A stretch of DNA of 64,000 nt from an uncultured delta proteobacterium (lineage in GTDB: Bacteria; Desulfobacterota; Desulfobacteria; Desulfobacterales; JAFDCJ01), in assembly GCA_963769935.1 (NCBI GenBank), contig CAVYNY010000016.1:32001-96000 (forward strand), given 5' to 3'. A model generated the notes under the pieces. That model saw only the letters and a list, made by a program, of their open reading frames with translations. It was not told the DNA's origin and made no database searches. Shown here one piece after another: positions 20,998-30,425 of this stretch (its first letter is position 1; each line of letters opens with the position of its first letter). Both the position numbers and the translations under genes were made by a program.

Positions 20998-22794
20998 ATG
21001 AAGAATAAAGAAAAATTTCGCAATACCATAATGGATTCAATGGTCGTAACCGGCATCAGCCTGGCTTGTATCTACTGGGTCTGCGAATCCTTCATGTATT
21101 TCTTTCTAAAACCGGAAGCCAATTTCATTCAACATCTCCTCGGACCGGATACCTTCCAAACCTGGACCCGGATATTGGTGCTGTGTCTCTTTGCCATATT
21201 CGGATCGCATGTCCAATACACGCTCAGCAAACGCCGCGAGGCGGATGACGCTTTGCGGGAAAGCGAGGAGAAGTATCGAACCATCCTGGAAAGTATAGAG
21301 GAAGGCTATTTCGAAACCGATCTTGAAGGCAATTTAACCTTTTTCAACACCCCCTTCTGCAAAATAATGGGGTATTCCCCCAATCAATTGATGGGCATGA
21401 ATACGCGGCAGTATACGACGCCTGAAACTGCCGAGCGAATGGACCGCATGGCCGAGAGGCTGCGCGAACACCGTATGCCCGAAAACGCCACGGACTATGA
21501 TGTAATCCGTCGCGGGGGGGATAAAGTGATGCTGGAACTCTCGTTTTCATTGCGGGAAGATCCGGATGGCCGGCCGATCGGATTCAGGGGCGTGCTGCGG
21601 GATGTTTCCGAACGCAAAAAGGCCGAAGAAGAAAAGCATAAGCTTCAAACCCAGCTTCAACAGGCCCAGAAAATGGAATCCATCGGAACCCTGGCCGGTG
21701 GTATCGCCCATGACTTCAATAACATTCTGATGGGGATTCAGGGAAGCGCATCGTTGATGCTGCTTAAAATCAGTTCGGAACATCCAAATTACGAAAAGAT
21801 CAAAAACATCGAACAGTACGTCCAGAACGGCACCGCCTTGACTAAACAACTGCTCGGCTTTGCCCGCCGCGGCAAATATCTTGTTAAAGCCACTGATCTA
21901 AACGAAATCATTGATAAATCTTCTTCATTGTTTGCCAGAACCAGAAAGGAAATTCGGGTCCACACCAACCTATTCGCGGCAATCTGGTCCGCAGAGGTCG
22001 ATCGGGGCCAGATTGAACAGGTTCTGCTGAATCTTTACGTCAATGCCTGGCAGGCCATGCCCGACGGCGGCGATCTTTATCTTAATTCGGAAAATATCAT
22101 TCTTGACGGCAGTTATGTCAAACCGTACAAAGTAGAGCCCGGTCGTTACGTGAAAATTTCGGTTACCGATACCGGAGTCGGCATCGACCCGGAAACTCAA
22201 AAGCGAATTTTCGAGCCTTTCTTCACGACCAAGGAAATGGGACGGGGAACGGGACTGGGTTTGGCCTCCGTGTATGGAATCATAAAAAGCCATGGGGGCT
22301 ATATCAATGTCTACAGCGAATTAGATCAGGGCACGACCTTTACGATCTACCTGCCGGCTTCGGGTAAAGAGGTTATGGAAGATGAAGCGGCGTCGATTGC
22401 CATCATCAAAGGCACCGGAACCATTCTCTTGATTGATGACGAGAAGATGATCCTCGATGTCGGGCGGGAACTGCTGGAAGAACTGGGTTATACGGTGGTG
22501 CCGGTCATGGGCGGCCAGCAGGCGATCGACGTATTCGAGAAGGACCACGACAAAGTCGATCTGATCATCATGGATATGATAATGCCCGGCATGAGCGGTG
22601 GTGAGACATTTGATCGCCTGAAAGAAATCAAACCGGAGGCAAAAATTTTGCTCTCCAGCGGCTACAGCATTGACGGTCAGGCGACTAATATTTTGCGGCG
22701 CGGCTGTGACGGTTTCATTCAGAAACCATTTAATATGAATCAGCTTGCTGAAAAGATTCAGAGAATTCTATCCAGCGGAGGACAAACAGATTGA
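20998..22794 (+). CDS. Hybrid sensor kinase (2 TM-PAS-HisKA-HATPase-REC)
   Basis: AGGIAHDFNN, NAWQAM, DTGVG, FFTTK..GTGLGL, C-terminal REC (DMIMPG, QKPF). Confidence 0.92.
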   Translation: MKNKEKFRNTIMDSMVVTGISLACIYWVCESFMYFFLKPEANFIQHLLGPDTFQTWTRILVLCLFAIFGSHVQYTLSKRREADDALRESEEKYRTILESIEEGYFETDLEGNLTFFNTPFCKIMGYSPNQLMGMNTRQYTTPETAERMDRMAERLREHRMPENATDYDVIRRGGDKVMLELSFSLREDPDGRPIGFRGVLRDVSERKKAEEEKHKLQTQLQQAQKMESIGTLAGGIAHDFNNILMGIQGSASLMLLKISSEHPNYEKIKNIEQYVQNGTALTKQLLGFARRGKYLVKATDLNEIIDKSSSLFARTRKEIRVHTNLFAAIWSAEVDRGQIEQVLLNLYVNAWQAMPDGGDLYLNSENIILDGSYVKPYKVEPGRYVKISVTDTGVGIDPETQKRIFEPFFTTKEMGRGTGLGLASVYGIIKSHGGYINVYSELDQGTTFTIYLPASGKEVMEDEAASIAIIKGTGTILLIDDEKMILDVGRELLEELGYTVVPVMGGQQAIDVFEKDHDKVDLIIMDMIMPGMSGGETFDRLKEIKPEAKILLSSGYSIDGQATNILRRGCDGFIQKPFNMNQLAEKIQRILSSGGQTD

Positions 22795-22999
22795 ATAATG
22801 AAAATTGAAGATTGAATACTTATTGAATTCTATCCTTATATATTTTCTTTAATTGCTCCCCGGCAACAAGAATCTGAAAAATATGATAGCATTTCCTAGA
22901 ACAGCTGGCGTTTGATCTATTGAGGGCAGAGATACTCCCGCATACAAACCGATTATATCCTCATCACAATATTCAATCGTCAGTCTTCAATAGTCAATC
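22789..22999. repeat. ATTGAA/TTCAAT heptamer inverted-repeat element
   Basis: GATTGAATAATGAAAATTGAAGATTGAATA ... ATATTCAATCGTCAGTCTTCAATAGTCAATC; contains the stop codons of both convergent genes. Confidence 0.75.
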
Positions 23000-25096
23000 G
23001 TCACTCACCACCGGTTCCCGCAAAATTTTTTCAATACTCTTGCCGGCGGTTGCGGCAGCCTCGGGGAAGACGTCTTTAAGATTACGGACATGCCGCAGGT
23101 TGTCGGCGGTTCTTAAAATCAACGTGGCCAGATCCCCCTCCTCGATTTCAGCAATTCTCAGCACGCTCTCCCAGGAAAGTCCCCGGCTCCATGCGCAGAC
23201 CGTTGCGGCGGGACGCAGCAGCAGGGGTCGCACCTCAAAATTTCGTTGAATCATCCTGCCGGCAAAAGATGTTAACCCTCTGGTCAGCTTTGAAAAGGCG
23301 GTTCCCAGGGCATCGGGGATCAGTTTTTTGCTGATGCGGTCGTCGGCTTCGCGGTCATTGACAAAGCAGGCAATGATGGCGGCCAGAATGTCCGGCTCCG
23401 ATTGCGGAAAAATTCCGCGTCGAAAACCTTCGGCAATTAACAGCGGCTGATCGACTCTCAGCTGGGATGCCCATCTTCCGTCCGGCGTCAATTCATTTTC
23501 CGGGGTTACGTAGCCGGTTGCCTTCAGAAAATCAAGATGCCGCAAAAAATCCTGCCACAAATGCTCATGGCTGTTCCGGCTTCCTTTTTTGTGCCGGGAA
23601 TGGCGGATTAAAAAATCGGCAAATGATTTTCTCAACAACTCTTCGATCTGGGCGGGCGTATGGGAAAGCAATAAATTCAGCACCATTGAAAAATTGATTT
23701 TAATCTGGCTGACCACATCGGACGGCGGTGCATCGAGCAGTCTGGCCATCAGGCGGACATCCATGAATTTGTCGGGTATCATTAGCGCAAAACCGATATT
23801 GTCCATTCCCCGGCGGCCGGCTCGGCCGGTCATCTGGTGGAATTCGGTGGCGGTCAAGGGCAAAAATTGTTTACCGTTAAACCGATCCGAATTCAAAAAT
23901 ACAACCGTCCGGGCCGGAAAGTTAACCCCGGCGGCCACCGTCGATGTTGCGAACACCGCATCCAGCAAGCCCCGGGTCATCAGGTTTTCCAACATCAGTT
24001 TCCAGGCCGGCAGCTGACCGGCGTGATGGGCCCCGACGGCCAGCTGTTCCAAATGCCACAGCTGGCGATGAGCGGAGAGGTGCGGCATCTGCTGAATATG
24101 TACGGCAACTTCTTGTCTGATCTGGACTTGCCGTGATGGGTCGCTTATCAGGTTGTCCCGGCAGGAATCCAGGGCCCGGTCGCAATCAGCCCGGGATTTG
24201 AGAAAAAAAATGGCGGGCAGCAGATCATATCTTTTCATGACCCGCAAAATCTCGCCAAACGGCGATGGGCCGAGCTGCGCTTTCCTGCGTCGCCGGGACC
24301 CGGCTTTGATAATTTGATGAACTCTTTTATCCAGCTGCGGCCGGCTGCCGGCTTTGGCCGGTGCCATCAGCGGCAGCACAGTGCCGGAAGGGTGAAGCAA
24401 AAGTGGAAACAACGAAACCGGCCGGGTGGTCTCTTCAATGACCGTACAGGCAGTGGATCGAATAGATTCAAGCCAGTCGGAAATTTGACCGGCATTGCCG
24501 ATGGTTGCCGACAACAGCAGAAGCGGGATTCGAGCCGGCAGATAGATCATGATTTCTTCCCAGACCACACCGCGCTCCGCATCGCCGAGAAAGTGGGCTT
24601 CGTCTAGGATTACAAAGTCGGCGGGCAAGGATTCGCCCCGGTGCATGGCATCATAGAGCTGATTGCGCAATATTTCAGTGGTGCCGACGATGATCGGTGC
24701 CTGCGAATTTTCCCGGTAATCACCGGTCAGAATCCCGACGTTGGCAGGACCGAAAATATCGGAAAATTCGGCATACTTGGCATTGCTCAGGGCCTTTAAG
24801 GGGCAGGCATACCAGGCCCGACCGTTTTGCCGCTGTCGGATGCGGGCAATTGCTTGAACGGCAATCCATGTTTTACCGGCGCCGGTGGGCGCCGTCACCA
24901 GACAATCGGAGTGTTCAATCGCCTTCAAGGCCTGGGTTTGAAAAGGATCCGGGGTAAAAACCCGGCTTGGCGGGACTCCGATGGTGGCAAAAACTTTCTT
25001 CAGGCGAACGTCCGCACCGGGCTTCAGGTGCGGCGGTTCATGTTTTTTAGGAAAGCGGCGTTTAAATTTTGGAAGATGCTGCTTGGGCCTGGACAT
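22994..25096 (-). CDS. Ski2-like SF2 RNA helicase (HelY-like)
   Basis: APTGAGKT, PLKALSN, DEAH, LSAT, HHAG, QMTGRAGRRG; start probably at MSRPKQ. Confidence 0.88.
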   Translation of the reverse strand: MSRPKQHLPKFKRRFPKKHEPPHLKPGADVRLKKVFATIGVPPSRVFTPDPFQTQALKAIEHSDCLVTAPTGAGKTWIAVQAIARIRQRQNGRAWYACPLKALSNAKYAEFSDIFGPANVGILTGDYRENSQAPIIVGTTEILRNQLYDAMHRGESLPADFVILDEAHFLGDAERGVVWEEIMIYLPARIPLLLLSATIGNAGQISDWLESIRSTACTVIEETTRPVSLFPLLLHPSGTVLPLMAPAKAGSRPQLDKRVHQIIKAGSRRRRKAQLGPSPFGEILRVMKRYDLLPAIFFLKSRADCDRALDSCRDNLISDPSRQVQIRQEVAVHIQQMPHLSAHRQLWHLEQLAVGAHHAGQLPAWKLMLENLMTRGLLDAVFATSTVAAGVNFPARTVVFLNSDRFNGKQFLPLTATEFHQMTGRAGRRGMDNIGFALMIPDKFMDVRLMARLLDAPPSDVVSQIKINFSMVLNLLLSHTPAQIEELLRKSFADFLIRHSRHKKGSRNSHEHLWQDFLRHLDFLKATGYVTPENELTPDGRWASQLRVDQPLLIAEGFRRGIFPQSEPDILAAIIACFVNDREADDRISKKLIPDALGTAFSKLTRGLTSFAGRMIQRNFEVRPLLLRPAATVCAWSRGLSWESVLRIAEIEEGDLATLILRTADNLRHVRNLKDVFPEAAATAGKSIEKILREPVVSDD

Positions 25097-25170
25097 TCGG
25101 ATAGCGTTGACTGGTTGAATGGTTGATGCGCTGAGAAGCAGCAAAAGCAATGATCCGGCGTTATCTGACA

Positions 25171-25927
25171 TCAAAGCCTGGCGATCATCGATTTAATCTC
25201 GGTCTTGCACGACGAAGTGACGTCAAAAGGGGATATACCGTTTAAATCCGCCTCGATCAAGGCGTCGTCATACGGCAGAAATCCGATAAATTCAAAGTCG
25301 GACAGATGTTTTTGGAGAAACTCCTGGTCTTTGGGGACCTCGTATTTTGTTGCCGACAACGGCGATGGTCTCCAGGCCGATTTCTTTTGCCAGCTGCCGG
25401 ATATGCTCAGCTGTGTCGATACTGCGCCTTCCCGGTTCGACCACGACGATAAGCTTATCAACTGACTTGGCGGTGGCCCGCCCGAGGTGTTCGATACCGG
25501 CTTCCATGTCCATTACCACGACTTCATCCCTGGCCAGCACCACATGCATCACCAGCGCCCGCAACAGGGCACTTTCCGGGCAGATGCACCCTGCCCCGCC
25601 CTTTTTGACGCCGCCCAGGCGCATGAGTTTGATGTTTTCAAAGGTCGCCGACAGAGCATCCGGCAGATCATCCACCCTGGGATTAAGTTTGAAAAAGCCG
25701 CCGATACTGCCGGGCTGCGCCCCGGTGCGCTCAAAAACAAGTTCTTTCATCTCTGAGATGGGAACGATGCTTTCGGCATTATCGATGCCCAGTCCCGCGG
25801 CCAGATTCGCGTCCGGATCCGCATCGATGGCCAGCACCCGTTTTCCCATTTGATTGAATGTGCGAATCAATAAGGAGGCAAAGGTTGTTTTGCCCACCCC
25901 TCCCTTGCCGCTGACTGCAAGCTTCAT
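25171..25927 (-). CDS. cooC: CO dehydrogenase nickel-insertion ATPase CooC (+1 frameshift at 25333-25336)
   Basis: GKGGVGKT, DADPD, GCIC, DMEAGIEHLGR; after GNKIRGP it continues in another frame as KDQEFL...LPYD. Confidence 0.85.
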
Positions 25928-26248
25928 CCGTATATCCTTTCTGAATCGTAACGATTACAGGCGCTTAGCTATTTTATTTCGACAATCGGCTGCGCGGGCT
26001 GTCTACATCAAATGGTTGCTGAACCGGAGGTAAGTGACTGTTAAAATTAATTGACTCCGCCTTCAATCAGTCCATCAACCCGACAACCGATCGACTATCT
26101 AATCCAAAAATGATTTTTTATCTACCAAAATAACGCAGGAATTGGAGCATGCAAGGGCAGACTTGTGTGAATGTCCAACGAAACAGGAGGGCAGCGCCTT
26201 GGAAGCCTTCCGGTTTGATGGGGTACGAAATTTGGAAATTTTACCCGA

Positions 26249-26686
26249 TCAGGGATGTCGCATCCATCTGGCCGGACCTACGGTGGTGGAAGGCGTTCGA
26301 CTCAAAAAGACGGTTTTGCCACTTCCTCTAAAGCCCAAGGCTCCATCTGTTTCAACTAGATCGCCATCCCATGCATATGCTTTGCCGAGATTCGGGTAGG
26401 TACCGGTGGGGTCGTCTTTCATTTTTCCCCAGACAGCACTGTCCCCGCTGTCCGGGTCATAGCCGGATACGGAACATTTGACGGTCGCCCACAGCAGACC
26501 TTCTCTGCCGTTGAGTTCGGCGATGGCCGCATCGATGGCCCTTTCATCTGCATTGGCCTCCAGGCTAATGTAGCGCGGAACGGCTATGGCAGCTAAAATG
26601 CTGAGCAGTATTATCACTGCGAGAAGTTCTACGAGAGTAAATCCCTGCGCCTGTAGGCCGCAAAATAATCGCTCATCGGGTCGCAC
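26249..26686 (-). CDS. Type IV pilin-like protein (second pilin)
   Basis: QG/FTLVELLAVIILLSILAAIAVPRY prepilin site; GTG start inferred behind GGGGT. Confidence 0.85.
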   Translation of the reverse strand: MRPDERLFCGLQAQGFTLVELLAVIILLSILAAIAVPRYISLEANADERAIDAAIAELNGREGLLWATVKCSVSGYDPDSGDSAVWGKMKDDPTGTYPNLGKAYAWDGDLVETDGALGFRGSGKTVFLSRTPSTTVGPARWMRHP

Positions 26687-26724
26687 TACCGTCACCCCTA
26701 TCAACCTGTCACCGATCGGCCGGC

Positions 26725-27123
26725 CTATTTTCGAACCCAGACGCCGGGCTTTTTTGTAGTGGACTCTGTACGGGACATGGTCACCGGAGTGCCGCTTTTG
26801 AATGACAATTGACCGCCGCCAACGCCAAGAGCAGGAGAGGCAGACCATACATAACTAGCGCCAAGATCCTTGTCGATCTTACCAAACAGTGTAGCATCAT
26901 CTGTATAACCGGTGGTGGATATTTTGGTATCGGCCCACGTCAGGCTTTCGCGGCCGTTTAGTTCCGCCACCGCGGCATCAAGGGCTCTCATTTTGGCGTT
27001 GGTTTCCAGGTCGATATAGCGCGGTACGGCCACAGCGGCCAGGATGCCTAGAATGATCAAAACGGCGATGATCTCCACCAGGGTAAAACCTTCTTGATTA
27101 CGTAACGGATTTTGATTTTTCAT
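26725..27123 (-). CDS. Probable major type IV pilin (MshA/PilA-like)
   Basis: NQEG/FTLVEIIAVLIILGILAAVAVPRY; strong GGAGG RBS; own sigma54 promoter. Confidence 0.9.
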   Translation of the reverse strand: MKNQNPLRNQEGFTLVEIIAVLIILGILAAVAVPRYIDLETNAKMRALDAAVAELNGRESLTWADTKISTTGYTDDATLFGKIDKDLGASYVWSASPALGVGGGQLSFKSGTPVTMSRTESTTKKPGVWVRK

Positions 27124-27214
27124 GACGAATAATCCCTCCCTTGGGTCTTAATGTTAGCAAACTTTAGCTCAAAAATAATGATTTATTAAAATTCTTGTCT
27201 TGGTTGATGGTTAT

Positions 27215-27230
27215 AGCACAAATGATGCCA
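27215..27230 (-). promoter_or_regulatory. sigma54 promoter of the pilin genes
   Basis: Minus strand TGGCATCATTTGTGCT = GG-N10-GC, ~90 bp upstream of the pilin ATG. Confidence 0.75.
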
Positions 27231-27375
27231 ACCGGGTATTCTATTTAGCGCTGAAATCATAATTTCATTATTATTTTAAATAGTTAAAATTTTAAAAAGT
27301 TATTGGATTTTTTATTGTTCGTAAAGAGACAACCGGTAATCTACAAAATATGATAGTTTGGGGGCCTGGAATTCA

Positions 27376-28711
27376 TCAAATTTCGGTGTTTTTTAACCCC
27401 TTGACATCAATGTTGTACTTTTTTATACGATGCCACAGGCTGCGCTGATTTATTCCCAGGAGTTCTGTAGCCCTTACCTGAACCCCGCCGGTTTTTCGCA
27501 AGGCTTCGATGATCATGCTTTTTTCAATTTCCCGCAGTCGTTCGTCCAGAGCGAGATTGACCGGAATCTTGAAATCCGAATTGTTTGGATTGTTAAATAA
27601 GCCGGTAATTTTAGCCGGAAGCTGGGCAGGCTCGATGTATCCGTTTTCGGCGATTACAGAGGCGCTCTCAATCGTATTCTGCAATTCCCGAATGTTTCCC
27701 GGCCACGAGAACGCTACCAGCATTTGAAGGGCCACCGATGAAATTTCAACTTTTTTGGGGGCATTCTGCAGGAAATAGTCTACCAGCAGGGGGATATCTT
27801 CTTTTCGCTCCCGCAAGGGCGGAAGGTGAAGGGTAAAGACATTCAACCGGTAAAATAAATCCTCGCGAAAGGTGGCCTTCCTGAACCATCCTTTCAAGGT
27901 TCTTATTCGTTGAAGCAATGATGCGAACATCCACCCTAATGGTGCGGCTGCCGCCGACCCGGTAAAATTCCTGTTCCTGAAGTACCCGCAGGATTTTTGC
28001 CTGCAGATTTAAGGGCATGTCGCCGATTTCATCGAGAAAAATGGTTCCGCCATCGGCCATATCGAATTTGCCGGGCTTAAATTTGGCGGCCCCGGTAAAC
28101 GCACCTTTTTCGTGTCCGAACAATTCACTTTCCAGCAACTCGGCCGGAATGGCGGCGCAATTAAGTTTAATAAACGGTTTATCATTGCGTTCGCTGTTCT
28201 CATGGATACTGGTGGCGATCAGCTCTTTGCCGGTGCCGCTTTCGCCCAGAATGAGAACAGTGGAATCGGTCGGGGATACTTTACGGATCAAGCTTAACAA
28301 CCCTCGCATGGTCAGACTTTCCCCGATGATATCCGGAAAAAAATTACGGGCATCCATGCGGCTGAGCACCGATGTGACCTGATCGAAAACACTGGAAAAC
28401 TGCTGAATTCTATCGACCGACCAGTCTTTTTTCCTGGTTTTGGGCGATCCGGAAAAGTGGGCGAATTTACTGGCTTTTTCGACAAAATCCTCGACCGGTT
28501 TGAGTATGAGGCGCACCATCGCAAAACCGGCCGCATAAGCAAAAAAGCTGATGACAATGATAAACCAGAAGACCGGTCGTGCCGGCTCCACGCCGTGCAG
28601 CATACCATATTTGGTCAGCCGGAAGGAGACAATGGCGGCAAATATCGTAAAACCCGTGAAGATAAAAGGAATGATGATATACAGACTTATGTAGAAGCGC
28701 GAGTGTTTCAT
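27376..28711 (-). CDS. Membrane-anchored sigma54 enhancer-binding protein (+1 frameshift near 27875)
   Basis: Two TM helices, then [45 protein letters not shown] and a Fis-type HTH in the second frame. Confidence 0.88.
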
Positions 28712-28715
28712 GACC

Positions 28716-29936
28716 TTACTTCGCCATCAGGGTCAAATCCCACATCGGCAGAAAAATCGCGGTGGCAAAAAAACCGACCACGGCCGCCAGTCCAATGGTC
28801 AACAGCGGTCCGATGGCCTCGGATAGTTTTTTCATGGCATACTCAACTTCGGTATCGTAGTGTTTGGCCACATCCTTCATCAATTCCTCAAGGTTGCCGG
28901 ATTCTTCACCGATAGCCACCATGTTGATGAGCATGGGAGTAAAATATTTGGCCGAACTCAAAGGTCCCGCAATTCCATGGCCTTCAGCCAGACGGTCTCT
29001 GATCCCCGTCAATTCACGGGAAATAGCAGAATTGCCGATGGTTTCGGATAAAATATCCATCACCTGCAGAATATCTACTCCGCTGGCCTGTAAAATGGAA
29101 AATATGCTGGCAAAGCGGGATATGGCGCTTTTTATGAACAAAGGCCCCACGATAGGCAGCTTCATCATTGCCGTATAAAATACGTACTTGCCGTTCTCGG
29201 TCCGCAGGTAATAGTATAAAGCCACCCCGCCGACCACCAAAATACTCATAAGAATGTACCAGTATTGGACAATGGCGGTGTACAACAGCATGCAGATCTG
29301 AGTCGGCAACGGAAGTTTCAGGCCGGCGCTTTTGAAAATGTCCACAAAACGGGGAATGACTCCCGTCAGCAGCACAAAAAAGGCAACAAACAGAAAGCAA
29401 ACCACGATAATCGGATACATCAGGGCGGCTTTAATGTCGGATTTTACCCGGTGTTCGTGTTCGATGATGTAAGTCAGGCGATCGAGCACCTCGTTCAGAG
29501 CACCGCTGGTTTCTCCGGCTTTGAGCATGTTGCAATACAGCGGTGAGAAGGCTTTGGGGTGTTTTCGAAAGGCTTCATGCAAACTGGAGCCTTCCTTGAT
29601 GTCCCGGTGGATGGTGCCCAGAATCCTGCGCAGTTTCGGATGCTCGGTTTGCTCTTCCAAAACCTTCAACAGAGACAACATCGGCACGCCGGCACGAATC
29701 AAGGTATTGAACTGCTTGGTAAAAAGTATCAATTCCGGGGCTTTAATCGGGGAAAGAGAATCAAGGAGGCTGCCCACTTGAGCACCGGATACCGCAGAGC
29801 GTTCTTCCTTGACCCGGGTCGGAATATATCCCTGGGAGGCCAGCAAGCTGCTGGCTTTCTCGGCAGATTCGGCCTCGACTTCACCGGTTGTGGTTGTACC
29901 GTCCTCGGTGATGGCGCGGTAGCTGAATTTTGGCAT
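28716..29936 (-). CDS. pilC: Type IV pilus platform protein (PilC/MshG/GspF family)
   Basis: F.Y.A N terminus, GETSG.L, ALMYP, LPLPT, GEESG.L, IFLPMW. Confidence 0.92.
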   Translation of the reverse strand: MPKFSYRAITEDGTTTTGEVEAESAEKASSLLASQGYIPTRVKEERSAVSGAQVGSLLDSLSPIKAPELILFTKQFNTLIRAGVPMLSLLKVLEEQTEHPKLRRILGTIHRDIKEGSSLHEAFRKHPKAFSPLYCNMLKAGETSGALNEVLDRLTYIIEHEHRVKSDIKAALMYPIIVVCFLFVAFFVLLTGVIPRFVDIFKSAGLKLPLPTQICMLLYTAIVQYWYILMSILVVGGVALYYYLRTENGKYVFYTAMMKLPIVGPLFIKSAISRFASIFSILQASGVDILQVMDILSETIGNSAISRELTGIRDRLAEGHGIAGPLSSAKYFTPMLINMVAIGEESGNLEELMKDVAKHYDTEVEYAMKKLSEAIGPLLTIGLAAVVGFFATAIFLPMWDLTLMAK

Positions 29937-29965
29937 AATGATCTCGGTTTCGAATTCTTTATTTT

Positions 29966-30350
29966 AGGTTTCAGGTTTCGGGTGTCAGCCCAACCGCCGG
30001 CCAAAACAACGGCCGATCTGATCGAAAAAAAACATATTGGTTCACCGCAGAGCCCGCAGCCTCCGGCCCATAGGGCCTACGCCCCGGTGGGAGAACGCCG
30101 AGAAAGAAAAGTTAAATTAATCTCTGCGCTCTCTGCGCTCTCAGCGGTGAGACACTTCGTAAAAATGGCATCGAATTTAAGGAAGTTTCATATGAGGTGT
30201 CAGTGTTCAAGTTTCGGACTCACAGCGCTAAACTACACTCGAATTATATGTGTGAAACTTTGTAATTTCGGGGGCTTTTAATTTGTGTCCGATTTCCAAA
30301 ATTCGATATATCGGCCTTTGCCCGGCAACGCTGAGCTGAACCTGAAACCT
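29966..30350. mobile_element. MITE-like non-coding element with nested repeats
   Basis: Terminal inverted repeats AGGTTTCAGG/CCTGAAACCT; 5' part shared with 56546-56704. Confidence 0.55.
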
Positions 30351-30425
30351 ATATCCAGCAAAAAAGACACCAATGAACGGATATAAGGCGACCGGCCCAA
30401 AAGTGTTGATATGCCTCTACCCGGG

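Noticed and set aside
22994..25096. Helicase as an anti-phage defence gene
   Set aside because: No nuclease or other defence partner nearby; ordinary HelY-like features.
26725..27123. Electrically conductive (e-pilin) interpretation
   Set aside because: By my count the mature 120-aa pilin has 9 F/Y/W (7.5%), lacks an aromatic at position 27 and is not truncated like Geobacter PilA.
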